DNA from: an uncultured delta proteobacterium
GTDB taxonomy: Bacteria > Desulfobacterota > Desulfomonilia > Desulfomonilales > Desulfomonilaceae
Direction: 5' to 3'
Assembly: GCA_963789265.1 (NCBI GenBank)
Contig: CAWBKB010000001.1
Span: forward strand, 352,001-416,000
Length of the DNA: 64,000 bases
Both the position numbers and the translations under genes were made by a program. The notes below the pieces were generated by a model, which saw only the letters and a list, made by a program, of their open reading frames with translations, was not told the origin of the DNA and ran no database searches. Positions 9,800 to 19,675 of the stretch are shown in pieces (within the stretch, counting starts at the first letter, position 1; each line of letters opens with the position of its first letter).

Positions 9800-11737
9800 A
9801 TGAAAATACTAGTCAGACTCAATTCGCTGGAAGAATATCCTCAGAAAGTCCCCTGCCGAGACGCATGCCCGGTCCATACCGAAGCGGGAAACTATGCACA
9901 ATCCATAGTTCTGGGCAAAGACGAAGAGGGTTACCGTTGGGCCAGAAAGCCGAATCCCCTTGCCTCGGTATGCGCTAGGGTGTGCGCGGCTCCATGTGAA
10001 GACAAGTGCAGAAGAGGCGTGATTGACAGCCCTGTGACCATACGGGCGCTCAAGAGATTCGTGTGCGAGAAGCACGAACAGACCCTTCCGCAGGAATGCC
10101 GGCCTCCTGGACCAGATGAAATTATTGCCCCCCTCGAAGATAAAGTAGCGGTCATTGGCGGGGGACCAGCCGGAATGGCCTGCGCGGATACCCTGCTGAA
10201 TTGGGGATATCGTGTAACTCTGTTCGAATCTACTGAAATGCTCGGTGGTGCGCTCTGGCAATATATCCCTGAATACAGGCTTCCCAGGTCCATAGTGGGG
10301 CTTGAGGTTTGCGGTTTATTGGAGAAGGGTTTGGATCTTAAGCTTGAGACGGCGCTGAATGAAAAGCTCACTTTGTCTTCTCTGCGTAATGAAGGCTACA
10401 ATGCCTTTTTCCTTGCCTGCGGTGCAACACGGGCCCTAGACCTCGCAATCGAAGGCCGCGACGCAGATGGGGTCTTCAGAGCCATTGACTACCTCTTGAA
10501 TGTGAACAGGGGCTATCGACTGGATCTGGGTGAAAAGGTGATAGTGATCGGCGGCGGTAATGTCGCAATAGACGTAGCTCGAACTGCCTTGAGACCCGTC
10601 GAGATAGAATCGGCCAAAATCGTTCCGCCCTTGGAAGAAGGAGTCGCTGCTCTCTCGATGCACAGCGCTACGGAACGTTTTCGTGATACCGGCATTTTCC
10701 CCGCCTCTGAAGAAGGTCTTGCCGGCCTGGATGCTGCAAGATCTGCTCTCAGGGGAGGTGCTACGTCCGTGACTATGGCTAGCCTGGAGTCGTTTGAACA
10801 ACTCCCCGCGGCCCGCAGCCAGCAGGGGAGAGAAGAACTTGACGAAGCGCTAGAGGAGGGTCTCAAACTCAAGACGTCAGTCGGACCGAAAAGAATTCTG
10901 GTGAAAGATGGAAGAGTTGCCGGTGTGGAGTTCTTGGAGGTGGACCAACTCTTCGACGAGACAGGCAGGTTTGCTCCCACGTTTAAGGCGGGTACGGAAT
11001 CGACGTTAGAGGCTGATTCGGTGATACTCGCCATAGGGCAGGCGCCGGACCTCCCGTTTATTAAGGAAGAGGACAACATTGCCACCACCCTACGGGGAAC
11101 CATAAAGGTAGATCCTGAAACGTTAGAGACATCGGCTCCAGGCGTTTTTGCAGGTGGAGACGTGGCGTTCGGCCCACGAATCATTATCGAGGCCGTCGCC
11201 AATGGTAAGCGTGCGGCATATTCGATCGACCGGTATCTTAGAGGCGTTTCTCTCAGGCAACAATGCAACATTTCCGTGCAGGAGCTGAAGCCCGAGATCT
11301 TCAGGCGGGAACCTCATTATGACATCATATCCAGGCAGGTCCCGCCTTTGGAGTCCACTGAACGTCGTGTAGGCGCAACCGAGGTCGAGAAGGTCTACGA
11401 TGAACAGACTGCCCGCCGACAGGCCTTGCGATGCCTCGATTGTTATATCCACACAATCTACGATTCTGATCTTTGCATCCTCTGTGGAGCATGCGCAAAC
11501 ACGTGCCCGACTCGCTGCCTGACGTTTGTCAGCGCGACCTACCTGGAGAGCGAACACGAACCGACAGGCGTATTCTTGTCCGGGCAAGGCACGACGGGGA
11601 AAACAGCCTTAATCAAAGACGACGATTTGTGTATCAGGTGCGGTCTGTGCGCCAAAGTTTGTCCCACCAGTGCCATGACCATGGAACGTTTTCAGGTTGA
11701 AGAACAAACTCTTGAGGTACGGGAGGTACAATCTTGA
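9800..11737 (+). CDS. FAD/Fe-S NAD(P)H oxidoreductase (GltD/NfnB/DsrL-like) with C-terminal 2[4Fe-4S] ferredoxin domain
   Basis: PCRDACP and CARVCAAPCEDKC; GGGPAG; GGGNVA; GVFAGGD; CLDC, CILCGACANTCP, CIRCGLCAKVCP. Confidence 0.9.
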   Translation: MKILVRLNSLEEYPQKVPCRDACPVHTEAGNYAQSIVLGKDEEGYRWARKPNPLASVCARVCAAPCEDKCRRGVIDSPVTIRALKRFVCEKHEQTLPQECRPPGPDEIIAPLEDKVAVIGGGPAGMACADTLLNWGYRVTLFESTEMLGGALWQYIPEYRLPRSIVGLEVCGLLEKGLDLKLETALNEKLTLSSLRNEGYNAFFLACGATRALDLAIEGRDADGVFRAIDYLLNVNRGYRLDLGEKVIVIGGGNVAIDVARTALRPVEIESAKIVPPLEEGVAALSMHSATERFRDTGIFPASEEGLAGLDAARSALRGGATSVTMASLESFEQLPAARSQQGREELDEALEEGLKLKTSVGPKRILVKDGRVAGVEFLEVDQLFDETGRFAPTFKAGTESTLEADSVILAIGQAPDLPFIKEEDNIATTLRGTIKVDPETLETSAPGVFAGGDVAFGPRIIIEAVANGKRAAYSIDRYLRGVSLRQQCNISVQELKPEIFRREPHYDIISRQVPPLESTERRVGATEVEKVYDEQTARRQALRCLDCYIHTIYDSDLCILCGACANTCPTRCLTFVSATYLESEHEPTGVFLSGQGTTGKTALIKDDDLCIRCGLCAKVCPTSAMTMERFQVEEQTLEVREVQS

Positions 11738-12282
11738 GCATCACCCAAAGCTATGATGGTAGCAGGAGATCTTTCTTGGGCAAATTGGCACTCATCATTG
11801 GAGGAGTGGCAACGGGGGGAAGCGTCTATGCCGCAGTCCGATCACTGGTCCCGAATGTATTGTACGAGCCTCCTAAGACCGTAAAAGTGGGACTGCCGGA
11901 GTTCATACCAGACGGGGTAACCTTTTTCAAAGAAGCGAGAGCCTTCGTTTTCAAGAAAAGTGTGGAAGGAAAGACGAGCTTTTCCTGTATATCCGCGGTT
12001 TGCACGCACTTAGGATGCCTGGTCCAGCACGTGGCCAAAGAAGAAACAGTCTCGACTCCACAGGAGAAGATCCAAGTCGGTTTCTCCTGCCCATGCCATG
12101 GCAGCCGGTTCACCATCGACGGAAAGGTCGTGGGCGGACCGGCCCCCAAGAATCTGCCGTGGCTGGCGTTGGCCGTCTCCCCGGACGATGGGCAGCTTGT
12201 GGTAAACACAGCGGCTCACGTCGAAACGGGCAAGAGTTTGCTGGTTTTGGCCGTGACCGGCCGGGACGTGAGGAAGGTGTAG
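11734..12282 (+). CDS. qcrA: Rieske [2Fe-2S] subunit of a Rieske/cytb complex
   Basis: Tat-like SRRSFL plus TM anchor; CTHLGC and CPCHGS boxes; TTG start overlaps the upstream TGA. Confidence 0.9.
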   Translation: MSITQSYDGSRRSFLGKLALIIGGVATGGSVYAAVRSLVPNVLYEPPKTVKVGLPEFIPDGVTFFKEARAFVFKKSVEGKTSFSCISAVCTHLGCLVQHVAKEETVSTPQEKIQVGFSCPCHGSRFTIDGKVVGGPAPKNLPWLALAVSPDDGQLVVNTAAHVETGKSLLVLAVTGRDVRKV

Positions 12283-12284
12283 TC

Positions 12285-13595
12285 ATGGAAGAATTCTTGA
12301 AAGCACGTCGCTTTTTCTGGTCGTATTCCCCTCAGTCTCCACGGGAAGCGTCTGATTCGGTTGTATTGAATTTCCTTTTGCATGTGTTTCCCGCATACGT
12401 GACAAAGAGTGCTGTCAGCCTTACTTCCACCTTTTGGTTGGGCACGATCACCTGGGTTCTCTTCGTGATTCTCACGATCACGGGGGTGATTTTAATGTTT
12501 CTCTATGTGCCGTCGGTGGAACGTGCATACCCGAGCATGAAGGATTTGGAATTCGTGGTGAGCTACGGGCCCATTATCAGATGCGCCCATAGGATGGCAG
12601 CGCACGGCATGGTAGCTTTCGCATTTCTGCATCTGGTCAGGGTTTGGTATACCAAGTCATACAAAAGCTCACGCACCCTTGGCGGGATAAGAGAGGCCAA
12701 TTGGCTCATCGGCATTGTCCTGTTCGTGTTGACGCTGGCTCTTTCTTATAGCGGCTATCTGCTTCCCTGGGATCAACTCGCTTACTGGGCGGTGGTTATC
12801 GGCGCGAATGTGGCCAAGAATTCTCCTGTAATCGGAGACAAGCTGCGGGAGGTGCTCATAGGTGGTACTGAGATCGGTCAAAACACGCTGATACGCTTTT
12901 ACATTCTCCACTGTGTGGGGTTGCCTATCGTCCTCGGCATAGTTGGAGCATACCATATGTGGCGTATAAGGCGTGATGGTGGACTGGCTGTCACAGAAAG
13001 ACTAATGCTACAAAACGCGGGCGCAGAGGTTAGACCAAGCCCAACCAAAACGTACACCCTACTTGGAATAAAAGAGGGGTCCACGCTTTCGGTTAGGAGC
13101 AGTCTACTGCCAGATTCACTCATGACGAGGGCCAACCCCGAATTGATTCTGAGACTCCTTATAGCTGTGGTGCTTACTCACATTATCATCCTCGCCTTGG
13201 CTCTATACGTTCGGGCACCGTTGGAAGTGGCCGCTAATGCATGGTACCCACCTAACCCGGCAAAGGCACCTTGGTATTTCCTCTGGCTACAGGAACTCAT
13301 TGCAGACACTACGGTTAGAATGGGAAGTTACGTGGTAAATGGAGGGTTCGTGGGGGGCATCCTCATCCCGACGATCGTGCTCGGAGTTTTGGCCGTATGG
13401 CCTTTTCTGGATCGTAGCCCTGATCAAGCCATCGGCACGTGGTTTCACCGGTCGCGTTGGATTCAAAATGTCGTATTCACCATCGGCGCCTTCATCATCA
13501 TTGCACTCATCATAGTGGGGGCGTTTCTCAGGGGTCCTTTCTGGAAATTCTACTGGTTCGGTCAACCGTGGCCCACGGTACCGCCTCTATATTAG
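12285..13595 (+). CDS. qcrB: Cytochrome b (b6-like domain fused to subunit IV-like domain)
   Basis: HRMAAHGMVAFAFLH; SGYLLPWDQLAYWA; RFYILH..H; PNPAKAPWY (PEWY equivalent); start taken at ATG 12285. Confidence 0.9.
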   Translation: MEEFLKARRFFWSYSPQSPREASDSVVLNFLLHVFPAYVTKSAVSLTSTFWLGTITWVLFVILTITGVILMFLYVPSVERAYPSMKDLEFVVSYGPIIRCAHRMAAHGMVAFAFLHLVRVWYTKSYKSSRTLGGIREANWLIGIVLFVLTLALSYSGYLLPWDQLAYWAVVIGANVAKNSPVIGDKLREVLIGGTEIGQNTLIRFYILHCVGLPIVLGIVGAYHMWRIRRDGGLAVTERLMLQNAGAEVRPSPTKTYTLLGIKEGSTLSVRSSLLPDSLMTRANPELILRLLIAVVLTHIIILALALYVRAPLEVAANAWYPPNPAKAPWYFLWLQELIADTTVRMGSYVVNGGFVGGILIPTIVLGVLAVWPFLDRSPDQAIGTWFHRSRWIQNVVFTIGAFIIIALIIVGAFLRGPFWKFYWFGQPWPTVPPLY

Positions 13596-13622
13596 AGAAC
13601 CGAAATTCTTCAACAAGGAGGA

Positions 13623-14833
13623 TTGAAAGAATTGCCCTTAGAAACGTCTCGCGGCCCTCGAGTGATTCTTCTGGCGCTGGTGATCATCCTGGCGGTATGC
13701 GTTGCCCTCGTTATTCGTACGGACTATACGCAGCCGTGGCGCGCTCATCAGAAAAAATTCAAGAGCATCATAGAAAGCAAGTTCGGTGCTGACAAAGCGG
13801 CTCAGATTCAGGTTGGAATCCAGCAGATCTGGATACCCGATCTGAGGGTCACCGACCGGTGCGTAACATGCCACATGGGCGAATCATGGAAAGGACTGGA
13901 GGACCAGGTACATCCCGTATGCCAGCCATTCCCGGCCTAAGCTGATTTCGAAACATCCGTTTGACAAATTTGGCTGCACTTTTTGCCACGGAGGCCAGGG
14001 TTATGCCACCGAACAAGCTGAAGCTCACGGTTGGGTAGAGGACTGGCAAGATCCTCGTACGGATCTAAAACTGGCAGAGAGTTACCTACTCAAAGACACA
14101 AGTGGTTTTCTCCAACTGCGCTGCAATTATTGCCATCGCTATGAGCACGGCGTTAAAGGGATGGAATTCATCGACCACGCTAAGGAATTGGTGCGCGTCA
14201 AAGGATGTCGCGCCTGTCACACGATCAGCGGCTTCGGAGGGAACATCGGACCGGATCTGACCTACGAAGGAGACAAACCCAGGGATCAGTACCGACTTCA
14301 CTTCCGGTGCTGTGGAGTATCCGAGTGTCTTCAACTGGCACATCGCACACTTTAAGAACCCGAAATCAGTTGTTCCCACGTCTATCATGCCTGAGTTTCA
14401 ATTTTCCACTGTTGATCTACAGTCCCTTACCCTGTTGGTTCTGAGTTGGAGAAAGATGATACTCTCCGTTGCGTACATGCCTCACCTTAAAGTCGTCCCG
14501 GTGCGACCTCCGGAAGAAATAGAGAAAGAAAAGATGATGCTTACAGGACCTGGTGCCTTCTTTGTGAAGAAAGGGTGCTTTGTCTGTCATACCATCTCGA
14601 CGTTGAAAGTAGAATCCCCGACCAACATAGGACCCGATCTGGCGCTGGCTGAAAAGAACGTCCCGAAGAAACATAACAATCTGACCGTACCTCAGTTCCT
14701 GCACCATCCGCAGGGCACTATGGCGGTGATCTTCGGAACTCCCAAGTATCATTTGTCTGAGGAAGAGAAGAAGGCTGTAGCCGGACTTCTACAGGAGGCC
14801 TATGACAAGTTGCCTCAGGACAAGAAACAATAA
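13623..14833 (+). CDS. Membrane-anchored pentaheme cytochrome c; frameshifts near 13915 and 14292
   Basis: N-terminal TM; CVTCH, CTFCH, CNYCH, CRACH and CFVCH recovered across three frames; two GPDL class-I c domains. Confidence 0.8.
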
Positions 14834-15188
14834 CGGCAAGGGAGCCTAGCTCCTGCTCCGCAAGGAACGTCATCAGAAATAAACCAGTCTAGTTCGGCGA
14901 GGGTAAGAGTCACACTCATCCGGCGGAAACGGTGGACAGGCGTGACGAGCGACAAGGAAGAGACACCGACTTCTCTTTGCTTGCGCCATGACACCATCAC
15001 CGGCGATGGATGAATTCGGAGGGGGTCGAAAGGAGGGGCCAAGAAGCATAAGCCAACCGCGCTAGCAAACGCGGAGAAAAAGGGGAACAGGCTCTCGTAG
15101 GGACCGGAAAAGTACCTTGTATTATCGCCTGCTGCCGGATACAGAGCCGTGAACAAAGTGGGAATGAAAGTATGGAGGTTGAGCAGAG

Positions 15189-17091
15189 ATGAAAAAATTC
15201 AAGCTTTTGTTGGCCGTCGGGGTTGCGATTTTTGCTGTGGCAGCCATTATCACCGCTCACAGTGATGCGCAAAGGCGTCGAGCGCCGGCAGGAGGGGCCG
15301 CGGGGGTCCCCGCAAAATCGGAAGTTACGGAAAATGCTCTCAAAACCTACGTTCCTCCTGGGGACTTGGATGAGTGCTATGCATTTCTTTCAGGCGGACA
15401 CAGCGGCAACATTTACGTTTATGGAATACCTTCCATGAGGCACATACGGACGATTCCTGTTTTCTCTCGCTATTCCGCGACGGGATGGGGATACGACAAG
15501 AAGAGCAAAGCGATGATGGGAGGACTCACCTGGGGTGATTGCCACCATCCCGGCCTTTCCGAAACCAAAGGAATGTATGACGGGCGCTGGCTCTTTATCA
15601 ACGACGTCGCCGGTGGACGCATCGCCAGAATCGATCTTAGAGACTTCCAATGCAAACAGATATTGGGTCCTCTTCCTAATCTGGCGGGCAACCATGCGTC
15701 GTCATTCGTCACATGGAACACGGAATACATCATTGGAGCAACACGGTTTTCTATCCCAATTCCCAAGGGAACTGTGGCCGATGTCAAGGATTACAAAGAA
15801 AAGTACCACGGGGTTATAAGCGCGACCAAGGTGGACCCCAAAGACGGCACCATGAGCGTGGCCTGGCAGATTGTCATGCCACCTTGGGATTACGATCTGT
15901 CCCGTGCGGGTAAACTTGTATCCGGGGACTGGTTTTTTCTGACCTGCTACAACAGCGAGGCTGAGTTCATCGAAGGCAAGCCTCTTGAGATTACTGCGTC
16001 GGCAAGAGACAAGGATTATATCATCGCAGTCAACTGGAAGGGAGTCGAAAAAGAGGTTGAGAAGGGCAACGTAACCCAAATCGATGGCGTGAAGGTCTTC
16101 GATCCGGTCAAAACACCAGGATATGTCTTTGGGATTCCATGTAAAAAGTCGCCCCACGGAGTGGATGTTACCCCCGATGGAAAACACATCGTGGGTAGCG
16201 GAAAACTTGCGCCGGTAGTTTCAATCTTCAGTTTCGAAAAACTGCTCAAGGCCATCCAGGATAAAAACTTTTCCGGCACTGACATGGGAATTCAGGTTGT
16301 CAAGGCTGAGGCCGTTGAGGAAGCAGAAGTCCCTGTTGGACTGGGTCCTCTGCATACAATCTTCGACGACAAAGGGTTCGCGTACACTTCTTTGTTCGTT
16401 GAGAGTGCAGTCGCCAAATGGCAGTGGCAAGGCGGCCAACAGTGGAAAATGGTGGATAAGATACCTGTACAGGTACAATATCGGTCATATCGCCTCTCCT
16501 GAAGGGGATACTGTGAAGCCTCTCGGCAAATGGGTGCTCGCTCTCAACAAACTGTCTAAAGGGACTCACCTCCGTGTGGGGCCGCATCAGCCTGAATCCT
16601 TGCAACTCATAGATATTACCGGCCCCAAAATGAGGCTTATTTATACGGCGTTCCCGGAACCCGAGCCCCATTACGCACAGATTATCAAAGCGGACAAGCT
16701 GAAGAATGTTATCGAAGTGTACAAAAAAGAGGAAAACAAGGATCCTAACGCAACATGGGATCCAAAGAATGCTCGCATTAAGCGCGATGGCAACACAGTG
16801 AAGGTATGGATGACGGCCATCAGATCCTCAATCATGCCGAATGTCATCCGATGTAACGAAGGTGACAAACTCGAAATATACTTGACGAACATTGAAGAGA
16901 TGACCAACGAGCTTCACGGATTCGGGGTCTGCGGGTACAACGTCTCAGGTGTGCCCGCACCCGGGGAAACAGTGAATATTGAATTCGTGGCTGACAAGCC
17001 CGGAGTATGGCCCTATTACTGCACCAACTTCTGCTCCGCTCTCCATCAAGAGATGCAGGGTTACTTGATCGTGAATCCGAAGCAGAAGTAG
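15189..17091 (+). CDS. nosZ: Nitrous-oxide reductase, clade II (Sec-type); frameshift near 16472
   Basis: Sec signal without twin-Arg; CuZ motifs DCHHP, GNH, PHG, GPLH, IGH, EPH; CuA motif HGF..CTNFCSALHQEM. Removing one G joins KIPVQ-YNIGH. Confidence 0.93.
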
Positions 17092-17109
17092 CCTCGCGGG
17101 GAGAGAACT

Positions 17110-17733
17110 ATGAAAGCGACGGTGGTTGTGAGGTCCTTGCTTTTGATAGGCGCTTCTGTGTTGATCGTGATCAGTTTTAAGTATCCCATGTGGTACATGT
17201 TCCTGGATTCCAACAATTTTCCCAAGGGTCTTGGCATGGCGATATGGGCCACCCATCCAGGGGATACGCCGGACGTGAAAGAACTGGATGGAGGCCTGAA
17301 TGAGGTCAACATACTCAATCATTACATAGGAATGAGGCATATTTCCAGTGCCATGCCCGTCTTTAAAGTGCTGCCGATCGTTCTGGCGAGCATGGCCGTG
17401 CTGTGCCTTGTTGCAGCCTTTGTAAGAAAGCGATGGCTGACGCTCCTAAGTGTAATCTGGTTTGCGCTGGTTTCCGCGGGCGGCATAGTGACTTTGATCT
17501 ATACCGTGTACTCCTTCGGACATGATTTGGATCCTCATGCCCCCATCAAGGTCGCTCCGTTTATGCCGGGCATCTATGGAGAACACCATCTGGCCCAGTT
17601 CACCACGTACTCAGACTTTTATTGGGGAACGTATTTGCTCATCGGAGCGTTTCTCCTCGTCGTGGTGGCATGGGTTCTAGATCTCATCTCATCTCATCGG
17701 CGTGCGGAGCCGCAGCCGAGGGGTGGTGACTGA
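17110..17733 (+). CDS. nosB: NosB-like membrane protein
   Basis: 4 TM segments, EVNILNHYIGM and GHDLDPHAPIK motifs, directly after nosZ. Confidence 0.75.
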   Translation: MKATVVVRSLLLIGASVLIVISFKYPMWYMFLDSNNFPKGLGMAIWATHPGDTPDVKELDGGLNEVNILNHYIGMRHISSAMPVFKVLPIVLASMAVLCLVAAFVRKRWLTLLSVIWFALVSAGGIVTLIYTVYSFGHDLDPHAPIKVAPFMPGIYGEHHLAQFTTYSDFYWGTYLLIGAFLLVVVAWVLDLISSHRRAEPQPRGGD

Positions 17734-17745
17734 AAGGAGTGAGCC

Positions 17746-18135
17746 GTGAAAGAGACTAAAGCCACACGGTGGATCGTGGGCTTGGTTGTTGCGCTGATGG
17801 CTTGCCTTACTGCCCAGATGACTTTTGGGCAGCAAGATTATCAGAAGGCAGCACTGGCAGCGTATGCCAACTGTGAAGCTACAAGGAAGTTAGTGGATGA
17901 CAGCCTCAAAAAGCTGGACCCAAAACTTGGCTCCGCCACCGCTAGCGAGGGTTTTAAACGTGAGGTGGCGGACGCTAAGGAGTGGTTCAAGAAAGCCGAT
18001 GATTTGCTCGCCCAGTCCAAGAAGAAGATGGACGATAAGAAATTTGACAAGGACCTGGTAGAGAATCTGAATCAAGCCTGGCGATGGTACGTGGAAGCAG
18101 GAACGGCGGCCGTACGGGCTGGCATGATGGATTAA
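17746..18135 (+). CDS. Hypothetical secreted helical protein
   Basis: AAGGAG RBS, GTG start, signal peptide, Lys/Ala/Asp-rich amphipathic sequence. Confidence 0.7.
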   Translation: MKETKATRWIVGLVVALMACLTAQMTFGQQDYQKAALAAYANCEATRKLVDDSLKKLDPKLGSATASEGFKREVADAKEWFKKADDLLAQSKKKMDDKKFDKDLVENLNQAWRWYVEAGTAAVRAGMMD

Positions 18136-18214
18136 ATTTCGGTTTAGATGATGCCTTACTTGGTCTGTCCCCCGGACGCCCTGGCCGGGGAACAGATTCC
18201 ACAGGAATGGTCGT

Positions 18215-19675
18215 ATGCTTAGACGACTCACACGACTCGTCCAACCCAATAAATGGCCCAAGACTGTCCTAATCATGGCCCTCTTGGGCCTAACCCTTTT
18301 GCTGTTGGCCTCTAAGACACAAGCCAAGGTGATCACTGTTGGCAAAGTCAACGACGCTTCCACTCTTGGGTCTCCGAAGCTGGCGCTGAAAAAGGCTAGA
18401 CCGGGAGACGTTATTGAGGTTTATAGCGGGACCTATAACGGGAATTGGGTCGTCAAAACGGAGAATATAGTTCTACGAGGCATTGGCCGGCCGGTTATCC
18501 AGGGCGGAAAAACGGGAACCGTCGTTACAGTAGGCGCGAATTCCGTGGTCATCAAGGGATTTGTCATTCGAGGCGGGGGGCGCGAGTCTCTGACCGACGA
18601 TGCGGGCCTGAAAGTAATGAAAGCCAAGGAATGCGTGATAACTGGGAGCCGCTTTGAAGACAACCTTCACGGGATTTATCTCATCGGATCTGATAAATGC
18701 TCGGTCACGAATAACGTGATCCGTGGGCGGTCTTACGATTATCAGGAATATAGGGGAAATGGCATCCACCTTCATGATTCCCCATTCGCCAAAGTAGAAC
18801 ACAACGACATTGCGGACACACGCGACGGTGTATATGTCTCCTTTTCCGGTCACTGCACAATTGATTACAACAAGATTCACAGGCTTCGTTATGGCTTGCA
18901 TTATATGTATTCACACAACAATTCGTTTTCATACAACACTCTCATTGACAACGTGGCCGGTGCTGCGGTCATGTACGCGAGAAATATCAAATTCAACGGA
19001 AACGTCGTGGCCCATAATCGTGGAGCCCGGGCTTATGGAATCCTGTGGCAGGATGTGAGACATTCCGAGTGCTTTGACAATCTCATATTTGATAACACTA
19101 TCGGCCTGTATATGGACCATGCCGGCTTTTCCAAGGTTTACAATAACGCGATTGCTTCAAATGATGTAGCCATTATTATTCTGGAGAATTCAGAGAACAA
19201 TAACATATACGGCAACAATTTCTTAAACAATCTCTCTCTGTTAAGACTTCGGGGAAGAGCGCAAATCGGGCACAACAATTTGTTTTACAAAAATGGCCGC
19301 GGAAATTATTGGAGCGACTATAGAGGCTATGATCTTGACGGGGATGGGATAGGCGACATCCCCTACAAGTTGCAAGGAATCTGGGACTACCTCGAGACCG
19401 AATATCCTGAGTACCGACTTTTCTTCTTTAGCCCATTGACGACAGCTTTGGATATGGCAGAAAAAGCTTTTCCCATAATTGAGACCCCTATAACTGCTGA
19501 GGACAAATTCCCGTTGATGAAGCCGGTCAAGATTCAGGGACCACCTAAGGAAACGCTTGCCAAGACTGGCATGCATCGGCCCGAAATCGGAGAACGATCA
19601 GGTGTGGCATTGGCCTGTCTGTCCCTGATCTGCGGTGCGGTTGCATTTATCCGGAAAGGAATTATGACCCGATGA
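18215..19675 (+). CDS. nosD: NosD maturation protein
   Basis: Beta-helix repeats, RGNGIHL, RYGLHYMY, GNYWSDYRGYDLDGDGIGDIPY. Confidence 0.92.
   Translation: MLRRLTRLVQPNKWPKTVLIMALLGLTLLLLASKTQAKVITVGKVNDASTLGSPKLALKKARPGDVIEVYSGTYNGNWVVKTENIVLRGIGRPVIQGGKTGTVVTVGANSVVIKGFVIRGGGRESLTDDAGLKVMKAKECVITGSRFEDNLHGIYLIGSDKCSVTNNVIRGRSYDYQEYRGNGIHLHDSPFAKVEHNDIADTRDGVYVSFSGHCTIDYNKIHRLRYGLHYMYSHNNSFSYNTLIDNVAGAAVMYARNIKFNGNVVAHNRGARAYGILWQDVRHSECFDNLIFDNTIGLYMDHAGFSKVYNNAIASNDVAIIILENSENNNIYGNNFLNNLSLLRLRGRAQIGHNNLFYKNGRGNYWSDYRGYDLDGDGIGDIPYKLQGIWDYLETEYPEYRLFFFSPLTTALDMAEKAFPIIETPITAEDKFPLMKPVKIQGPPKETLAKTGMHRPEIGERSGVALACLSLICGAVAFIRKGIMTR

Noticed and set aside
9800..11737. Assignment as dsrL, gltD or nfnB
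   Set aside because: Similar architecture, but no dsr, gltB or nfnA neighbours; left unnamed
12000..12284. 95-aa N-terminal extension of cytochrome b in the ORF track
   Set aside because: It overlaps the Rieske gene in another frame; ATG 12285 after the Rieske stop is the plausible start
15189..17091. Clade I, clade III or naturally split NosZ; programmed frameshift
   Set aside because: Sec signal, canonical CuZ His motifs and FCSALH fit clade II; the break has no slippery sequence and matches the +1 error pattern
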